DNA of 64,000 nt from assembly GCA_030447245.1 (NCBI GenBank), contig JAUJPG010000004.1, forward strand, positions 16,843 to 80,842. Reading direction: 5' to 3'. The position numbers were made by a program, and so were the translations under genes. This stretch comes from Chloroflexota bacterium. GTDB lineage: Bacteria; Chloroflexota; UBA6077; JACCZL01. Each line of letters starts with the position of its first letter. Positions within the stretch are counted from its first letter, which is position 1. The notes beneath the pieces were generated by a model. It made no database searches. It was not told the DNA's origin and saw nothing but the letters and a program-made list of their open reading frames with translations. Shown piece after piece: positions 1 through 10,626 of this stretch.

Positions 1-197
1 GCCATCTGGACGCTTGGCACGCTGGTGCTGTTCGTGCTGTTGGCCGCCGGCAACCCGCGGCCGATCCCGATGGCGCTGGTGGCAATGCTTGTCCCGCTCG
101 CACCTGCCGTCTTGCCGTGGCTGTTCTTCCGCCCGTTGCTGGACCATTTGACCGCGCGGGAGCTTCGGCACGACCGGGACGGTCCGGCCGCCCGGTG

Positions 198-1493
198 ATG
201 AGCGAGCGTAACGACGGCGGAACGAACGCCCTCGATCAGGCGCGGATCTGGGTCAAGGCCGGCGATGGCGGTAACGGCGCGCTCTCCTTCCGACGCGAGA
301 AGTTCGTCCCACGCGGCGGTCCGGACGGCGGCGATGGCGGCCGCGGCGGAAGCGTCTACCTCCGGGCGGACGCATCGATCGGTACGCTGCTCGAGTTCTC
401 CCACAAGCGGCACTTCAAGGCCGCCCGAGGTGGTCACGGTTCCGGAGGCAAGAAACACGGCAAGACCGGCGAGGACCTGCATATCCGGGTGCCGCCGGGC
501 ACGGTCGTCAGCACCGATGACGGCCGCGTAGTCGCCGACCTCCAGCGTCCGGGCGACGAGGTGATGGTTGGTCGTGCCGGCCGCGGGGGGTTGGGCAACG
601 TCCATTTCGCGACCAGCACCAACCAGGCCCCGCGAGTCGCCCAAAAAGGAGAGCCAGGCGAAGAACGCTGGCTGCGGCTGGAGCTCAAGTCGATCGCGGA
701 CGTCGGCCTGGTCGGCCACCCGAACGCCGGCAAGTCGAGCCTGCTAGCAGCGCTCACCGCGGCGACTCCGAAAGTCGGCGACTACCCGTTCACCACGCTG
801 AGCCCCAACCTGGGCGTCGCCGAACGAGAGGACCTGGCCTTCGTCGTGGCCGACATTCCCGGACTGATCGGCGGCGCGCACCTCGGCGTCGGCCTTGGCC
901 ACCAGTTCCTCCGCCACGTCGAGCGCGCTCGCGTCCTGGTCCACGTCGTCGACGCCTCCGCGCCCGATCCCGACGCCGCCTACCGCGAGGTCCGCGACGA
1001 GCTCCAGCTGTACAATCCGGCGCTGGCCGAGAAGCCCGAGCTGATCGCGCTGAACAAAGTGGACTTGCCGGCGGTCCGCGCCCGCGTCGGCGAGATCCTG
1101 GCCTCTATTGCCGTGGCCGGGCCGAACCGCCGCGCCATTGCCGTCTCGGCGCACACGCTGGCCGGCGTGCCGAAGCTCGTCGAGACCATCGTCGAGACCC
1201 TGACAGCGCTGCCACCACGGCCCGAGTCGCTCGCTCAGTCCATCAAGGTGTACCGCCTGCACGAGGCTCCCGACGAGGACGGGTTCGTGATCGACCGAGA
1301 GGGCGCCGATTTCCGTGTGCGCGGCAAGCGCGTCGAGCGCGTGGTCGCAATGACCGACCTGCAAAATCCGGATGCTGTTGAGATGCTTCAACGCACCTTG
1401 AAGAAGCTCGGTGTGTTTCAGGAGCTCGAAAAGGCCGGTATCCAGTCCGGCCACACCGTCCACATTGGCACCGCGGAGCTGGAGTGGGAATAG
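198..1493 (+). CDS. obg: GTPase Obg/CgtA
   Basis: Translation has the Obg fold N-domain motif [11 protein letters not shown]-binding motifs GHPNAGKSS and DIPGLI, NKVD, and a C-terminal extension; ATG at 198 within track ORF 117..1493. Confidence 0.9.
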   Translation: MSERNDGGTNALDQARIWVKAGDGGNGALSFRREKFVPRGGPDGGDGGRGGSVYLRADASIGTLLEFSHKRHFKAARGGHGSGGKKHGKTGEDLHIRVPPGTVVSTDDGRVVADLQRPGDEVMVGRAGRGGLGNVHFATSTNQAPRVAQKGEPGEERWLRLELKSIADVGLVGHPNAGKSSLLAALTAATPKVGDYPFTTLSPNLGVAEREDLAFVVADIPGLIGGAHLGVGLGHQFLRHVERARVLVHVVDASAPDPDAAYREVRDELQLYNPALAEKPELIALNKVDLPAVRARVGEILASIAVAGPNRRAIAVSAHTLAGVPKLVETIVETLTALPPRPESLAQSIKVYRLHEAPDEDGFVIDREGADFRVRGKRVERVVAMTDLQNPDAVEMLQRTLKKLGVFQELEKAGIQSGHTVHIGTAELEWE

Positions 1494-1617
1494 GCAGGGG
1501 TCCCCCCTCACCCGCTCATCCCCTCTGCCACACGCGCAGACCGACGCTTTGCAGAACGAGGGGGAACACCACGGAAGCAGAGCGACGATCCCCCCTGGAG
1601 GTGGTGGGGCGGAAAAC

Positions 1618-2295
1618 ATGGGCGTTGCGCGGAACAGGGGCGCTGCGCAGGATGCGCGGCCCGTGATCGGGGTGTTTGGCGGGACGTTCGACCCGCCGCA
1701 CCTTGGCCACCTCGCCGCCGCTCAAGAAGCGTGCGATGTCGTCGGGCTCGAGCGTGTCCTCTTCGTGCCGACGGGGCGCAACCCGCTGAAGCGCCTCGCG
1801 CCGGTGTCCGCGGCCGAGCACCGTCTAGCCATGACCGCCCTCGCCATCCAGCAGAACTGCCACTTCGCGGTGAGCGATGCCGACCTGGGCAGGGACCGAG
1901 CCTCGTACACCGTCGATCTGCTCGCGCGACTCCGGGCCGAGCTCGAGGTCGTAGAGGAGCTGGCCTTCGTCGTCGGAATGGACGTGCTCCACGAGCTCCA
2001 TCGCTGGCGACATCCGCGTCGCGTCCTCGAGTTGGCGCGGCTCATCGCCATCGCCCGCCCTGGACAGGGAGTGGTCGCGATGGACGAGCTGGAGGCAAGG
2101 CTGCCTGGCGCCGGGGCGCGCGTCACGATCGTCCATACCCCGGGCGTGGCGATCTCCTCGACCGAGCTGCGCGCCCGCTTCGCCGAAGGACGTTCGGTCC
2201 GCTATCTCGTGCCCGACGCGGTGATTGCCTACATCCACAAGCACGGGCTGTATCTCCAGTCTGCGGTTGCGGAACCGGACCCGTCGAGGCCATAG
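1618..2295 (+). CDS. nadD: nicotinate-nucleotide adenylyltransferase
   Basis: GVFGGTFDPPHLGH nucleotidyltransferase motif; ATG at 1618 inside track ORF 1411..2295; follows obg as in the conserved obg-nadD arrangement. Confidence 0.85.
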   Translation: MGVARNRGAAQDARPVIGVFGGTFDPPHLGHLAAAQEACDVVGLERVLFVPTGRNPLKRLAPVSAAEHRLAMTALAIQQNCHFAVSDADLGRDRASYTVDLLARLRAELEVVEELAFVVGMDVLHELHRWRHPRRVLELARLIAIARPGQGVVAMDELEARLPGAGARVTIVHTPGVAISSTELRARFAEGRSVRYLVPDAVIAYIHKHGLYLQSAVAEPDPSRP

Positions 2296-2656
2296 TGTAG
2301 ACGCCGGCTCCATCCAGTGATCCAAGCTCCCGCGATCGGCGTACCCTCTCGACGCGTGCCCAGAAGCAGGTGGTCGTGCATAAGCTCCATCTGAGGGCAT
2401 GCCCAACGACCCCCGACACTGAGCTGCAAGCCCAGGGCATGGTTGGCTGGAGGTCGCCGCGATCGCAAACGTGACGTTCTACGACAGACAAGTATTGCAT
2501 GACGCCAAGCCAGGGCATGAATCTTGCAACGTCGCGGCAACCTAGCTCGAACTCACGCGATGAGTCGATCTCGCCCGAAAAGATCACCGAAGGGGGTGGC
2601 CGCCAGTACAGTCGGAACGCCGTCCGATCTCGGAACCCTTCTTTAGCAGCGAGCGG

Positions 2657-4459
2657 ATGCGCTCAGAAAAGGATGCAGTAGTGAAGCGACCTCTCTCGAT
2701 CGTCGGCACGCTTGCCGTTACCGCCGGACTGCTCGCGGGCACCGTGGTGGCGCCATTCGTCGGAGCCTCCAGCCACCGCGAAGCGCCCCTGATCTCCAAC
2801 GATCCGGCCGCGGACACGACGGACATGTACGTCTTCCGCAGCCCCGACGCGCCCGACACAATTACCGCCATCATGAACGTCTACCCGTTCGGCAAGCCGG
2901 AGCAGGGCCCGAACTTTTACCTGTTCGACCCGAGTGTCCGATATTCGATGCACATTACGAATGACGGCGACGCAAGCGAAGAGGCGCGGCTGGACTTCCA
3001 GTTCCGCACCGAGATCCGAGGGATGTCGTCCGTGTACAACGACGGCCCGATCACCTCGCTCGACGACCCGAACTGGCTGACCCGCCAGTTCTACTCGGTT
3101 GACCTGGTGATGGGCGGCCAGACGACACGGCTCGGCGAGAACTTGCCGGTCCCGCCGGCCAATGTCGGCCCGAAGTCGACCCCGAACTATGAGCAGCTTG
3201 CAAACGCGGCGATCGTCAACATCCCGTCGATCCCCGGCGGCAAGGTCTTCGCCGGCCCCCGCGACGACCCGTTCTTCATCGACATCGGCGCGGCGTTCGA
3301 CCTGTTGAACGTTCGGCGCCCACCCGGCAACCAGGGCGGCGGCGTCGACAACCTGGCCGGGTTCAATGTCCTGTCGATCGCGGTCCAGGTCCCGATCGCG
3401 GCCGTCGGGCGGCCCGAGTGCGACCTCAACGACCCGAGCGACATGGACTGCGTCGTCGGCATGTGGATCACCACCAGCCGCCAGGCCACCCGGGTCCTCC
3501 GTGGTGAGCAAACTCCGGAAAACACCGGTGATTTCGTCCAGGTCGCGCGCCAGAGCGCCGCGCTGGTGAACGAGTTGGTCGTCCCCACTGCGATGAAGGA
3601 CGCCTTCAACGCCTCGAACCCGAATGACGACGCCCGCTTCCTGCCGCTGGTGCAGGACCCGATACCGGCCCAGCTTATCAACGCGGTGTTCGGCATCCCG
3701 GTCCCGCCGGCCCCGCGCGCGGACTTCGTGACGATCTTCCTGACTGGTATTCCGGGGCTGAACCAGCCGCCGGACGTCCAGCCGGCTGAGATCGCCCACC
3801 TCAACGTGGCCATCCCGGTCACGGCGCAGCCGAATCGGTTGGGTCTGCTCGGCAACGACATGCAGGGTTACCCGAACGGCCGCCGTCTCGCAGACGACGT
3901 GACGGACATCTCGCTGCGGGCCTCCGCGGGCGGGACGCCATTCACGCCGGAGTTCAACGGTGCGCCGAACAATCTGCTCGGCGACGGCGTTGACCAGAAT
4001 GACCGGCCGTTCCTCAACACCTTCCCATACCTGGCGACGCCGCATCAGGGGTTTGACCACACCCACGACCGTGGGCAGGGTCAAGCGTCTGGCCCAGCCC
4101 CGGCGTCCAAGCCTACCGCGGCAGCTCCGGCGGGCCCCGCCCCGGCTTCCAAGCCGACAGCCGCCGCGCCACCAGCAGCGGCGGCCCAACCGGCCGCGCC
4201 ACCAGCAGCGGCGGCCCAACCGGCCGCGCAGCCGCGCACCGGCACTTCGGGCGTGGCGGCGAGCGGTGGGATTTATACCGTGCAGCAGGGTGATACGCTG
4301 AGCTCGATTTCTGAAGCCGTGTACGGCACGCCGGACCGCGTCGAAGAAATCCGTTCCGCGAATCCTGAGATCAGCAACCCGGATGTGTTGCAGCCCGGCG
4401 TGGTCTTGACGCTGCCGGCGATGCCGGACAGTAGCGAAGAAGGCGCTCCGAGCGAGTAG
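2657..4459 (+). CDS. secreted DUF4331-like protein with Pro/Ala-rich linker and C-terminal LysM domain
   Basis: N-terminal hydrophobic signal-like segment followed by SSHREAPLI, which I recall as the DUF4331 N-terminal signature; C-terminal YTVQQGDTLSSISEAVYG...LTLP resembles LysM; alternative GTG start at 2681 has an AGGA RBS. Confidence 0.6.
   Translation: MRSEKDAVVKRPLSIVGTLAVTAGLLAGTVVAPFVGASSHREAPLISNDPAADTTDMYVFRSPDAPDTITAIMNVYPFGKPEQGPNFYLFDPSVRYSMHITNDGDASEEARLDFQFRTEIRGMSSVYNDGPITSLDDPNWLTRQFYSVDLVMGGQTTRLGENLPVPPANVGPKSTPNYEQLANAAIVNIPSIPGGKVFAGPRDDPFFIDIGAAFDLLNVRRPPGNQGGGVDNLAGFNVLSIAVQVPIAAVGRPECDLNDPSDMDCVVGMWITTSRQATRVLRGEQTPENTGDFVQVARQSAALVNELVVPTAMKDAFNASNPNDDARFLPLVQDPIPAQLINAVFGIPVPPAPRADFVTIFLTGIPGLNQPPDVQPAEIAHLNVAIPVTAQPNRLGLLGNDMQGYPNGRRLADDVTDISLRASAGGTPFTPEFNGAPNNLLGDGVDQNDRPFLNTFPYLATPHQGFDHTHDRGQGQASGPAPASKPTAAAPAGPAPASKPTAAAPPAAAAQPAAPPAAAAQPAAQPRTGTSGVAASGGIYTVQQGDTLSSISEAVYGTPDRVEEIRSANPEISNPDVLQPGVVLTLPAMPDSSEEGAPSE
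4170..4229. repeat. perfect tandem duplication (about 27-30 bp x2) encoding PPAAAAQPAA in the DUF4331 linker
   Basis: accagcagcggcggcccaaccggccgcg occurs twice in direct tandem. Confidence 0.7.
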
Positions 4460-4547
4460 TCATCCGTTTACACTGTGCGGAGTGGCTCGGGTGGGCGGGT
4501 CGTCGACGGGCGACCCGCTCACCCGATCTTTATGTTGAGGATACCAC

Positions 4548-5780
4548 GTGAGTTTCCGACGTAGACTTGTTGGTCCGATCCTGGAGGGCCGGCGAAGAGT
4601 GCACCTCCGGGTGCAGACCTGCGCGGCTCTGCTAGCGCTGGTTGTCGTCGCGGAAACCGCTCTGCCCACCCTCGCGGCCGGCACCGACTACGACATTGCC
4701 GATGGGCACTACTACGAGCAGGGCACCGGCACCAAGGGCCGCGGATTCGTCGTCGTCGACGATGAGGCGGCGCCACTCTGGGGCGAGCTCCGTCGCCTTG
4801 GCGGCGTCCCTGCAATGGGTTATCCGATTTCGAGCCGATACGCATGCGACGGAGGGGTCTGTCAGGCTTTCCAGTACGCCGTGTTCAAGTGGGGGCCGAC
4901 TGCCAAGAAGGAGGTCGAGCTGCTGCCGGTTTTCGACTGGCTGCACGCCGAAGGACACGACGCCTGGCTCGACGAAGTCTGGGAGGTTCCGCCGATGGAG
5001 CCTGCCGCGGCCGACACGAAGCGGTCAACGACGAACAAGGATCGCGTCGACGACCGCGATCCGGCAGCACTGCTTGAGGAAAATCCGGCGATCAAGTCGG
5101 CATACGCCAAGCTCGGCGGGGCCGCCCCGAGTATCTACGGCCTCCCGCGAGTGTACCGCGCCTCGGAGAAGCAGGCGGTGCTTCGGACTCAGCGCACGGC
5201 GCTAGTCCATTCAGCCAGCGCGCCGGATGGCGTTCGGCGCATTCCGGCCGGCGAAGTGTTCCGGGAGGCCGGCTACGTACCGATCGAGGCACTCGACCCA
5301 GTACGCGGGCCCCGACTCAGCAAGGCGCTGCCGCCAGTGCGGATCAGCATTCCGGATTTAAAGGTCGATGCTGACGTCATTGCCCTCGACATGGGCCCGG
5401 ACGGCGTGCTGCCAACGCCGGACACTGGACGCGTCGTGGCCTGGTACAGCTATGGCGCGCGGCTGGGCGAGCCGGGCAACGCGGTGCTGGCCGGGCACGT
5501 CGATTGGGACCGTGAGCGGGGCGTGTTCTGGGCGCTGCGCGACGCGAAAGCTGGCCAGGTGATTTCCCTGCGTGACGCCAACGGCAAGACGTACGATTAC
5601 AAGGTGCGGTGGGTGGAAGACTTTCCGGTCGATTCGATCGACGGCCTCGAGGCGCTACGACCCCAGCGGAAGGAGGCGCGGCTCACGCTGGTGACCTGCA
5701 GCGGCCGGTTCGACTTCGCGACGCGCTCCTACGAGAGTCGGCGGGTGGTCCGCGCCGCCCTGATCGGCGAGCGTCCGTGA
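4548..5780 (+). CDS. class F sortase-like transpeptidase with extra N-terminal domain
   Basis: Conserved sortase His (LAGHVDW) and catalytic Cys in LTLVTCSG (TLxTC motif), followed by Arg (RRVV); N-terminal signal/TM segment. Confidence 0.7.
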   Translation: MSFRRRLVGPILEGRRRVHLRVQTCAALLALVVVAETALPTLAAGTDYDIADGHYYEQGTGTKGRGFVVVDDEAAPLWGELRRLGGVPAMGYPISSRYACDGGVCQAFQYAVFKWGPTAKKEVELLPVFDWLHAEGHDAWLDEVWEVPPMEPAAADTKRSTTNKDRVDDRDPAALLEENPAIKSAYAKLGGAAPSIYGLPRVYRASEKQAVLRTQRTALVHSASAPDGVRRIPAGEVFREAGYVPIEALDPVRGPRLSKALPPVRISIPDLKVDADVIALDMGPDGVLPTPDTGRVVAWYSYGARLGEPGNAVLAGHVDWDRERGVFWALRDAKAGQVISLRDANGKTYDYKVRWVEDFPVDSIDGLEALRPQRKEARLTLVTCSGRFDFATRSYESRRVVRAALIGERP

Positions 5781-7135
5781 TCGCCCCGACGACGCGGACA
5801 TTGCGGAACCGCCTGATCCTGGCCTTCGTCGGCCTCGGCCTGTTTGGCAGCGCTTTCCTGATCAGTTCGGCGGTCGCACGATCGCTCCAGACGTGGTCGA
5901 CTCCGGAGGCAGCCGCGCCGGCTCGCAACGTTACCGCGGGTGGCGTGTCGGACACGGACCGCTCGATCGGTGCGCTCCAGGAGCGGCTACGTCAGAGACC
6001 CGACGATCAGGTGAGCCAGACCAACCTGGCGTTCCTCTACCTCCAGAAGGCCCGCGAGACCGGAGACCCGGGCTATTACGGCCGAGCGGATGGCTTGCTG
6101 CGGCAGGTAGTCACCCTGGCCCCGACTGACATCGATGCCTTGATCGGTATGGGCAGCCTCGCCCTCGCGCGGCACGACTTCCCAGGCGCGCTCGAGTGGG
6201 GCCAGAAGGCGATCGAGGCCGCTCCAGCCAGGGCAGCCGCGTATGGCGTGGTGGGCGACGCTCAGGTTGAGCTCGGCCGGTATGACGAAGCGGTTGGCAC
6301 TATCCAGCGCATGGTGGATCTTCGACCGGATCAGGCGTCGTACGCCCGCGTGTCGTACCTGCGCGAGCTATATGGGGACCGAGCAGGTGCCATCGACGCG
6401 ATGCAGCTCGCGGTCCAGTCTGGCCGTCCAGGGGCCGAGGGGACGGAATGGTCGCGCGTCCAGCTCGGTCACCTGTATTTCAACGGCGGCGACCTGGATC
6501 GGGCCGAGGCCACCTATCGAGAGGCGTTGGCATACTACCCGAACTATCTGCACGCCCATGGCGGGTTAGCCCGGGTGGCCGCCGCCCGCGGCGACTACGA
6601 GGGAGCGATTCGCCTGTACGGTCAGGCAGCCGACGTCAACCCGGTGCCCGAGCTGGTGATCCAGTTGGCCGACGTGTACAGCGCCGCCGGTCGGGCCGAC
6701 GACGCTGCCCGTCAAGAGGCATTGGTCCGCGTGATCCAACAGCTCTACGCCGCCAATGGCGTCGACACCGACCTCGAGCTGGCCTTGTTCGACGCCGATC
6801 GCGATACGAACGTGGAGCAGGCTGTTGCGCGGCTACGCGAGCAGTGGGCCGTCCGCAAGAGCATCCACGTCGCCGATGCGTATGGCTGGGCGCTGTACAA
6901 GAGCGGCGACTGCGCCCAGGCGGACGTATATGCTCGTGAGGCGCTGCGCCTGGGCACCACGGATGCCTTGATCCTGTTCCACGCGGGCCGGATCGCGGAC
7001 TGTGCCGGTGACGAGCCGCGCGGGCGCGAGCTGCTCACCGAAGCGCTTAGTCGCAACCCGCATTTCTCGATCCGCTACGCGCCCGTCGCGCGCCAGATCC
7101 TCCAGGGCGGGACACAGGCGAAGGCAGGCGGCTGA
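5777..7135 (+). CDS. membrane-anchored tetratricopeptide-repeat protein
   Basis: One N-terminal TM helix (LILAFVGLGLFGSAFLI) then repeated TPR-like Ala/Leu/Tyr/Gly helical pairs; GTG start at 5777 overlaps the sortase stop; track ORF begins 5609. Confidence 0.65.
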   Translation: MIAPTTRTLRNRLILAFVGLGLFGSAFLISSAVARSLQTWSTPEAAAPARNVTAGGVSDTDRSIGALQERLRQRPDDQVSQTNLAFLYLQKARETGDPGYYGRADGLLRQVVTLAPTDIDALIGMGSLALARHDFPGALEWGQKAIEAAPARAAAYGVVGDAQVELGRYDEAVGTIQRMVDLRPDQASYARVSYLRELYGDRAGAIDAMQLAVQSGRPGAEGTEWSRVQLGHLYFNGGDLDRAEATYREALAYYPNYLHAHGGLARVAAARGDYEGAIRLYGQAADVNPVPELVIQLADVYSAAGRADDAARQEALVRVIQQLYAANGVDTDLELALFDADRDTNVEQAVARLREQWAVRKSIHVADAYGWALYKSGDCAQADVYAREALRLGTTDALILFHAGRIADCAGDEPRGRELLTEALSRNPHFSIRYAPVARQILQGGTQAKAGG

Positions 7136-7166
7136 GGTGCGGCGCGTGACGTGGACCGGCCGCTCG

Positions 7167-8858
7167 ATGCTGGCCGGCGCAATCCTGGCCTTGCTGATCG
7201 GCCTCGGCCTGCCTACAGTTGCGCGGTCACACCCGCTCGGCAACTTCACGGTCAACCTGTACAGTCGGATCGAGCCGGCCGGCGACGGCGTGCGGATCGT
7301 CTACGTCCTGGACATGGCCGAGATCCCAGCCTTCCAGGAGATCGGGGTCGTGGATGCCGACCGCGACGGTCAGACGAGCCGCGCCGAAGAGGAGCAGTAC
7401 GCGACCCAGCGAAGCGAGGAGATCCGCCGCAACCTCCGCCTGGAGCTGAACGGCACGCCGGTGCCTCTCGGATTGATTGAGCGCCAGCTCAGCTTCCCAC
7501 CAGGTCAGGGTGGCCTCGCAACGCTTCGGCTGGACGCGGTCTACTTCGCCCGCCTGCCGAGTGGCCCAGGGGCACCAGTGGACCTGACGTCCCGCGACGA
7601 CAATTTCCCCGGGCGGATCGGCTGGCGCGAGATCGTGGCACGGCCGAGCGCGATCGGTACGGAGCTACTGGCTACCAGCGTGCCGGCAACCGACCAGAGC
7701 GACGAGCTTCGGAGCTACCCGGAAGATCTACTGAGCAGCCCGCTCGACGTCCGAAGTGCGCGCATCTCGTTTGTCCCCGGCGCGGCGCCAGCCGCCCCGC
7801 TTGCCGCGATCGGCATTCGGGCCTCCGACCGAACCCAGGACGCGTTCGCGGCGTTGGTCTCCCGCGAAGAGCTCACGCCCGGGCTGATCGTGTTCTACCT
7901 GCTCTCGGCGATGGTGCTTGGCGCGGGTCACGCGCTGTCACCGGGACACGGCAAGACGGTCGTGGCAGCCTATCTGGTCGGATCGCGCGGGACCGCTCGC
8001 CACGCGGTGTTTCTCGGCATCACGGTCACGGCGACCCACACGATCGGGGTCTACGCACTGGGGCTGGTCACGCTGTACTTGTCCCAGTACATCCTGCCGG
8101 AACGGCTCTACCCGATCCTGCAGGTGGTGTCCGGACTGCTCGTCGTCGGCATCGGGATCTGGCTCTTCATCGCTCGGCTGGCCGGTCTGCCGTGGTTCCC
8201 GCGCCAGCATGGCCGGACGGATGATCATGCCCACGGGCACCGGCACGGCGACGATCATGCCCACGGGCACCCACATGGCGACGGTCATGCCCACGGCCAC
8301 GGGCATGACCATATCCAGGACGGCCACGCGGATCGTGGGCACCAACGGATGCCTGTTGCTGCGACCGCACCTGTACCGATCGCCGTGGGCATGACGGCGA
8401 GCGCAAGTCCCGCTCGTGCGCCGAGCGTGCCGCAAGCTATGCCGTCCACTGCGGTAGTCGCCTCCGCCTCGGGGCACGGGGGACCTCTCCATAGCCACGG
8501 AGGCGCGACGCACTCACACCTGCCGCCCGGAGCTGATGGGGAGCCGGTCACCTGGCGGAGCCTACTCGCGCTCGGAGTCTCGGGCGGTCTACTACCCTGC
8601 CCGTCGGCCCTGGTCGTCCTCCTGAGCGCTATTGCCTTGCAGCGGGTCGCGTTCGGCCTACTGCTAATCGTCGCCTTCAGTGTCGGCCTGGCATCCGTCC
8701 TGGTCGGCATCGGGCTGCTGCTGGTCTTCGCCGGGCGGTTCTTCAACCGCCTCAGCGTGGGAGGGGGCCTCGCCGTGCGCCTGGTCCCCGTCCTGAGCGC
8801 CCTGCTCGTGGTGGTCGCCGGGGTCGTGATCACGGCCCAGGCGCTACCCAGCCTGTAG
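7167..8858 (+). CDS. NicO/RcnA-like nickel/cobalt transporter with N-terminal periplasmic domain and His-rich loop
   Basis: ALSPGHGKTVVAAYLVG motif typical of the RcnA/NicO family, multiple TM helices, His-rich loop DDHAHGHRHGDDHAHGHPHGDGHAHGHGHDH; start ATG 7167 (alternative GTG 7137). Confidence 0.7.
   Translation: MLAGAILALLIGLGLPTVARSHPLGNFTVNLYSRIEPAGDGVRIVYVLDMAEIPAFQEIGVVDADRDGQTSRAEEEQYATQRSEEIRRNLRLELNGTPVPLGLIERQLSFPPGQGGLATLRLDAVYFARLPSGPGAPVDLTSRDDNFPGRIGWREIVARPSAIGTELLATSVPATDQSDELRSYPEDLLSSPLDVRSARISFVPGAAPAAPLAAIGIRASDRTQDAFAALVSREELTPGLIVFYLLSAMVLGAGHALSPGHGKTVVAAYLVGSRGTARHAVFLGITVTATHTIGVYALGLVTLYLSQYILPERLYPILQVVSGLLVVGIGIWLFIARLAGLPWFPRQHGRTDDHAHGHRHGDDHAHGHPHGDGHAHGHGHDHIQDGHADRGHQRMPVAATAPVPIAVGMTASASPARAPSVPQAMPSTAVVASASGHGGPLHSHGGATHSHLPPGADGEPVTWRSLLALGVSGGLLPCPSALVVLLSAIALQRVAFGLLLIVAFSVGLASVLVGIGLLLVFAGRFFNRLSVGGGLAVRLVPVLSALLVVVAGVVITAQALPSL
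8216..8310. repeat. about 30-bp tandem repeats encoding the (D/G)DHAHGH His-rich loop
   Basis: gatcatgcccacgggcac-type units repeated three times in the nucleotide sequence. Confidence 0.7.
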
Positions 8859-8862
8859 CGGG

Positions 8863-9777
8863 TCAGGCACCGAGGGCGGGAGCGGTCGGCGTTGGCAGAT
8901 GTCTAAAGAGGATGGCGGCTTCGCGGACGAGCTTGGCAGCCAGGGCGGCGGTGATGCCGGCCGGATCAACTCCGGGAAGAACTTCCATGACGTCCAGGCC
9001 GACCACGTTCATCTGGCGCAGGCTGTACAGGAAATCGAACAGCTCGCGCGACGTTGGACCGCCGGGCTCGGGGACGCCGGTCCCGGGCGCACCCGCCGGA
9101 TCGAGAACGTCAATATCGATGCTCAAGTAGATTGGCCGATTGCGCAGCCAGGCATAGACGTCATCTGTCAAAGCCAGGGCCAGCTCGGGCGACCTCCAGG
9201 CGCACTCTAGCGAGCGTTGCCACTCGGCGCGGGTGCCGGAGCGGACGCCGAGCAAGATCAGGCAGTCATATCCCCACTCGTCGCCAAGGCGGGCGGCCCA
9301 GGTACCGTGGGCCAGACGCCGTCCGTCAAGCTCGTCAGCAAGATCGAGGTGGGCGTCCAGCGAGATGATCGCGGCATCGCGATAGCGTTGCTTCACGGCT
9401 CGAAAGGCGGCGAGGGTACCAGTGTGCTCGCCGCCGATCATGACCGGAACGCCGCGGCGCGCCAGGATCTGCTCGGTTGCCTGCTCGATCTCGGCGAGCG
9501 CCGCCTCGAGATCCAGGCCGGCAAAGTCGAGATCCCCAAGGTCAGCCAGGCCGCTGCCATTGGACTTGAGGTCGAACAAATCAACGTCCTGGATCGGGCT
9601 GTAGCTCTCGATGTTCTGGGAGGCAGCCCGGACGGCCGCGGGCCCGGCGGCCGTACCCGGGGCACCGGAAACGGTGTACTCGAGGGGCGCGCCGAACAGG
9701 AACAGCCGCGCCCCGCCATCGAGGTCGAGCGGGATGCTACCCCAGAAGGGGTCCGAGGTTGGCGGACGGAGCGGCAT
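8863..9777 (-). CDS. speB: agmatinase (arginase family)
   Basis: Arginase-fold motifs GGEHT, SLDAHLD, SIDIDVLDPA; last gene of the polyamine operon. Confidence 0.8.
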   Translation of the reverse strand: MPLRPPTSDPFWGSIPLDLDGGARLFLFGAPLEYTVSGAPGTAAGPAAVRAASQNIESYSPIQDVDLFDLKSNGSGLADLGDLDFAGLDLEAALAEIEQATEQILARRGVPVMIGGEHTGTLAAFRAVKQRYRDAAIISLDAHLDLADELDGRRLAHGTWAARLGDEWGYDCLILLGVRSGTRAEWQRSLECAWRSPELALALTDDVYAWLRNRPIYLSIDIDVLDPAGAPGTGVPEPGGPTSRELFDFLYSLRQMNVVGLDVMEVLPGVDPAGITAALAAKLVREAAILFRHLPTPTAPALGA

Positions 9778-9783
9778 GGCGGC

Positions 9784-10626
9784 TCACCTCGAGACCTGCG
9801 GATAGCCATGGCGGCAGGGCAAAGGCGGCGCGGTGGACCTCGGGGGTGTACGCGCGTAGGCCACCGGGTGCGCGGCGGAGGGAGTGCTCGGATCGGGCCC
9901 GTTCGAGCCGACGGTCCAGCTCCATACAACACCCGGGTAGGACGGGACGGCGCCAAGATACGTCCGGGCGCTCGGGAAAACTCCGGCGATGCGCGCCGCG
10001 GCGTCGCGCAGCTCGCCAGCCATCAGCATGGGCGAGCCGGTCTGGATCGCCAGCATCCCATTCGGCGTCAGCAGCGCACGCGCCAGGCGGAAAAACTCTT
10101 CGGAGATCAGGCCCTCGGCCGGGCCAACTGGATCGGTCGAGTCGACGAGGATGACGTCGAACGGTGGGCGCTGCTCCTCCGCGAGGCCGCGAAGGTAACC
10201 CAGACCCTCGCCGATCACCAGCTCGGCCCGCGGATCGTCGAACGCTTCGCCTGCTAACTCGGGCAACCACTCGCGGCAGGCGCGGACCACGAGCTGGTCG
10301 ATCTCAACCATTACGACGCGCTCGACGTCGTGCATCAGGGCATGGCGGAGGGCGCCGCCGTCACCGCCGCCGATGACGAGGACGTTGCGCGGGCCGGGAT
10401 GGGCCAGAAGCGGGATGTGGACGAGCGGCTCGTGGTAGCAGAATTCGTCGCCGACGGTTGTCTGGAGCGCACCATCCAGGATGAGCGCCCGCCCAAACGG
10501 GACAGTGTCCAAGACCTCGATCTGCTGGAACTCGGAGCGCCCTGACCAGAGCTTCTCACGCAGCTCGAACTGCTGGCGAAAACCCGCCCGGAAGGGCTCA
10601 GCAAAATGCGGCTCAGGCGCGGTCAT
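9784..10626 (-). CDS. speE: spermidine synthase (polyamine aminopropyltransferase)
   Basis: VLVIGGGDGGALRH and VDSTDPVGPAEGL motifs; start at MTAPEP inside track ORF 9784..10665. Confidence 0.85.
   Translation of the reverse strand: MTAPEPHFAEPFRAGFRQQFELREKLWSGRSEFQQIEVLDTVPFGRALILDGALQTTVGDEFCYHEPLVHIPLLAHPGPRNVLVIGGGDGGALRHALMHDVERVVMVEIDQLVVRACREWLPELAGEAFDDPRAELVIGEGLGYLRGLAEEQRPPFDVILVDSTDPVGPAEGLISEEFFRLARALLTPNGMLAIQTGSPMLMAGELRDAAARIAGVFPSARTYLGAVPSYPGVVWSWTVGSNGPDPSTPSAAHPVAYARTPPRSTAPPLPCRHGYPQVSR

Noticed and set aside
2663-4219. 518-aa ORF on the minus strand
   Set aside because: Entirely antisense to the DUF4331/LysM gene; Arg/Gly/Pro-rich composition typical of shadow ORFs in high-GC DNA.
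9217-10257. 346-aa ORF on the plus strand
   Set aside because: Antisense to speB and speE, both of which have strong family signatures.
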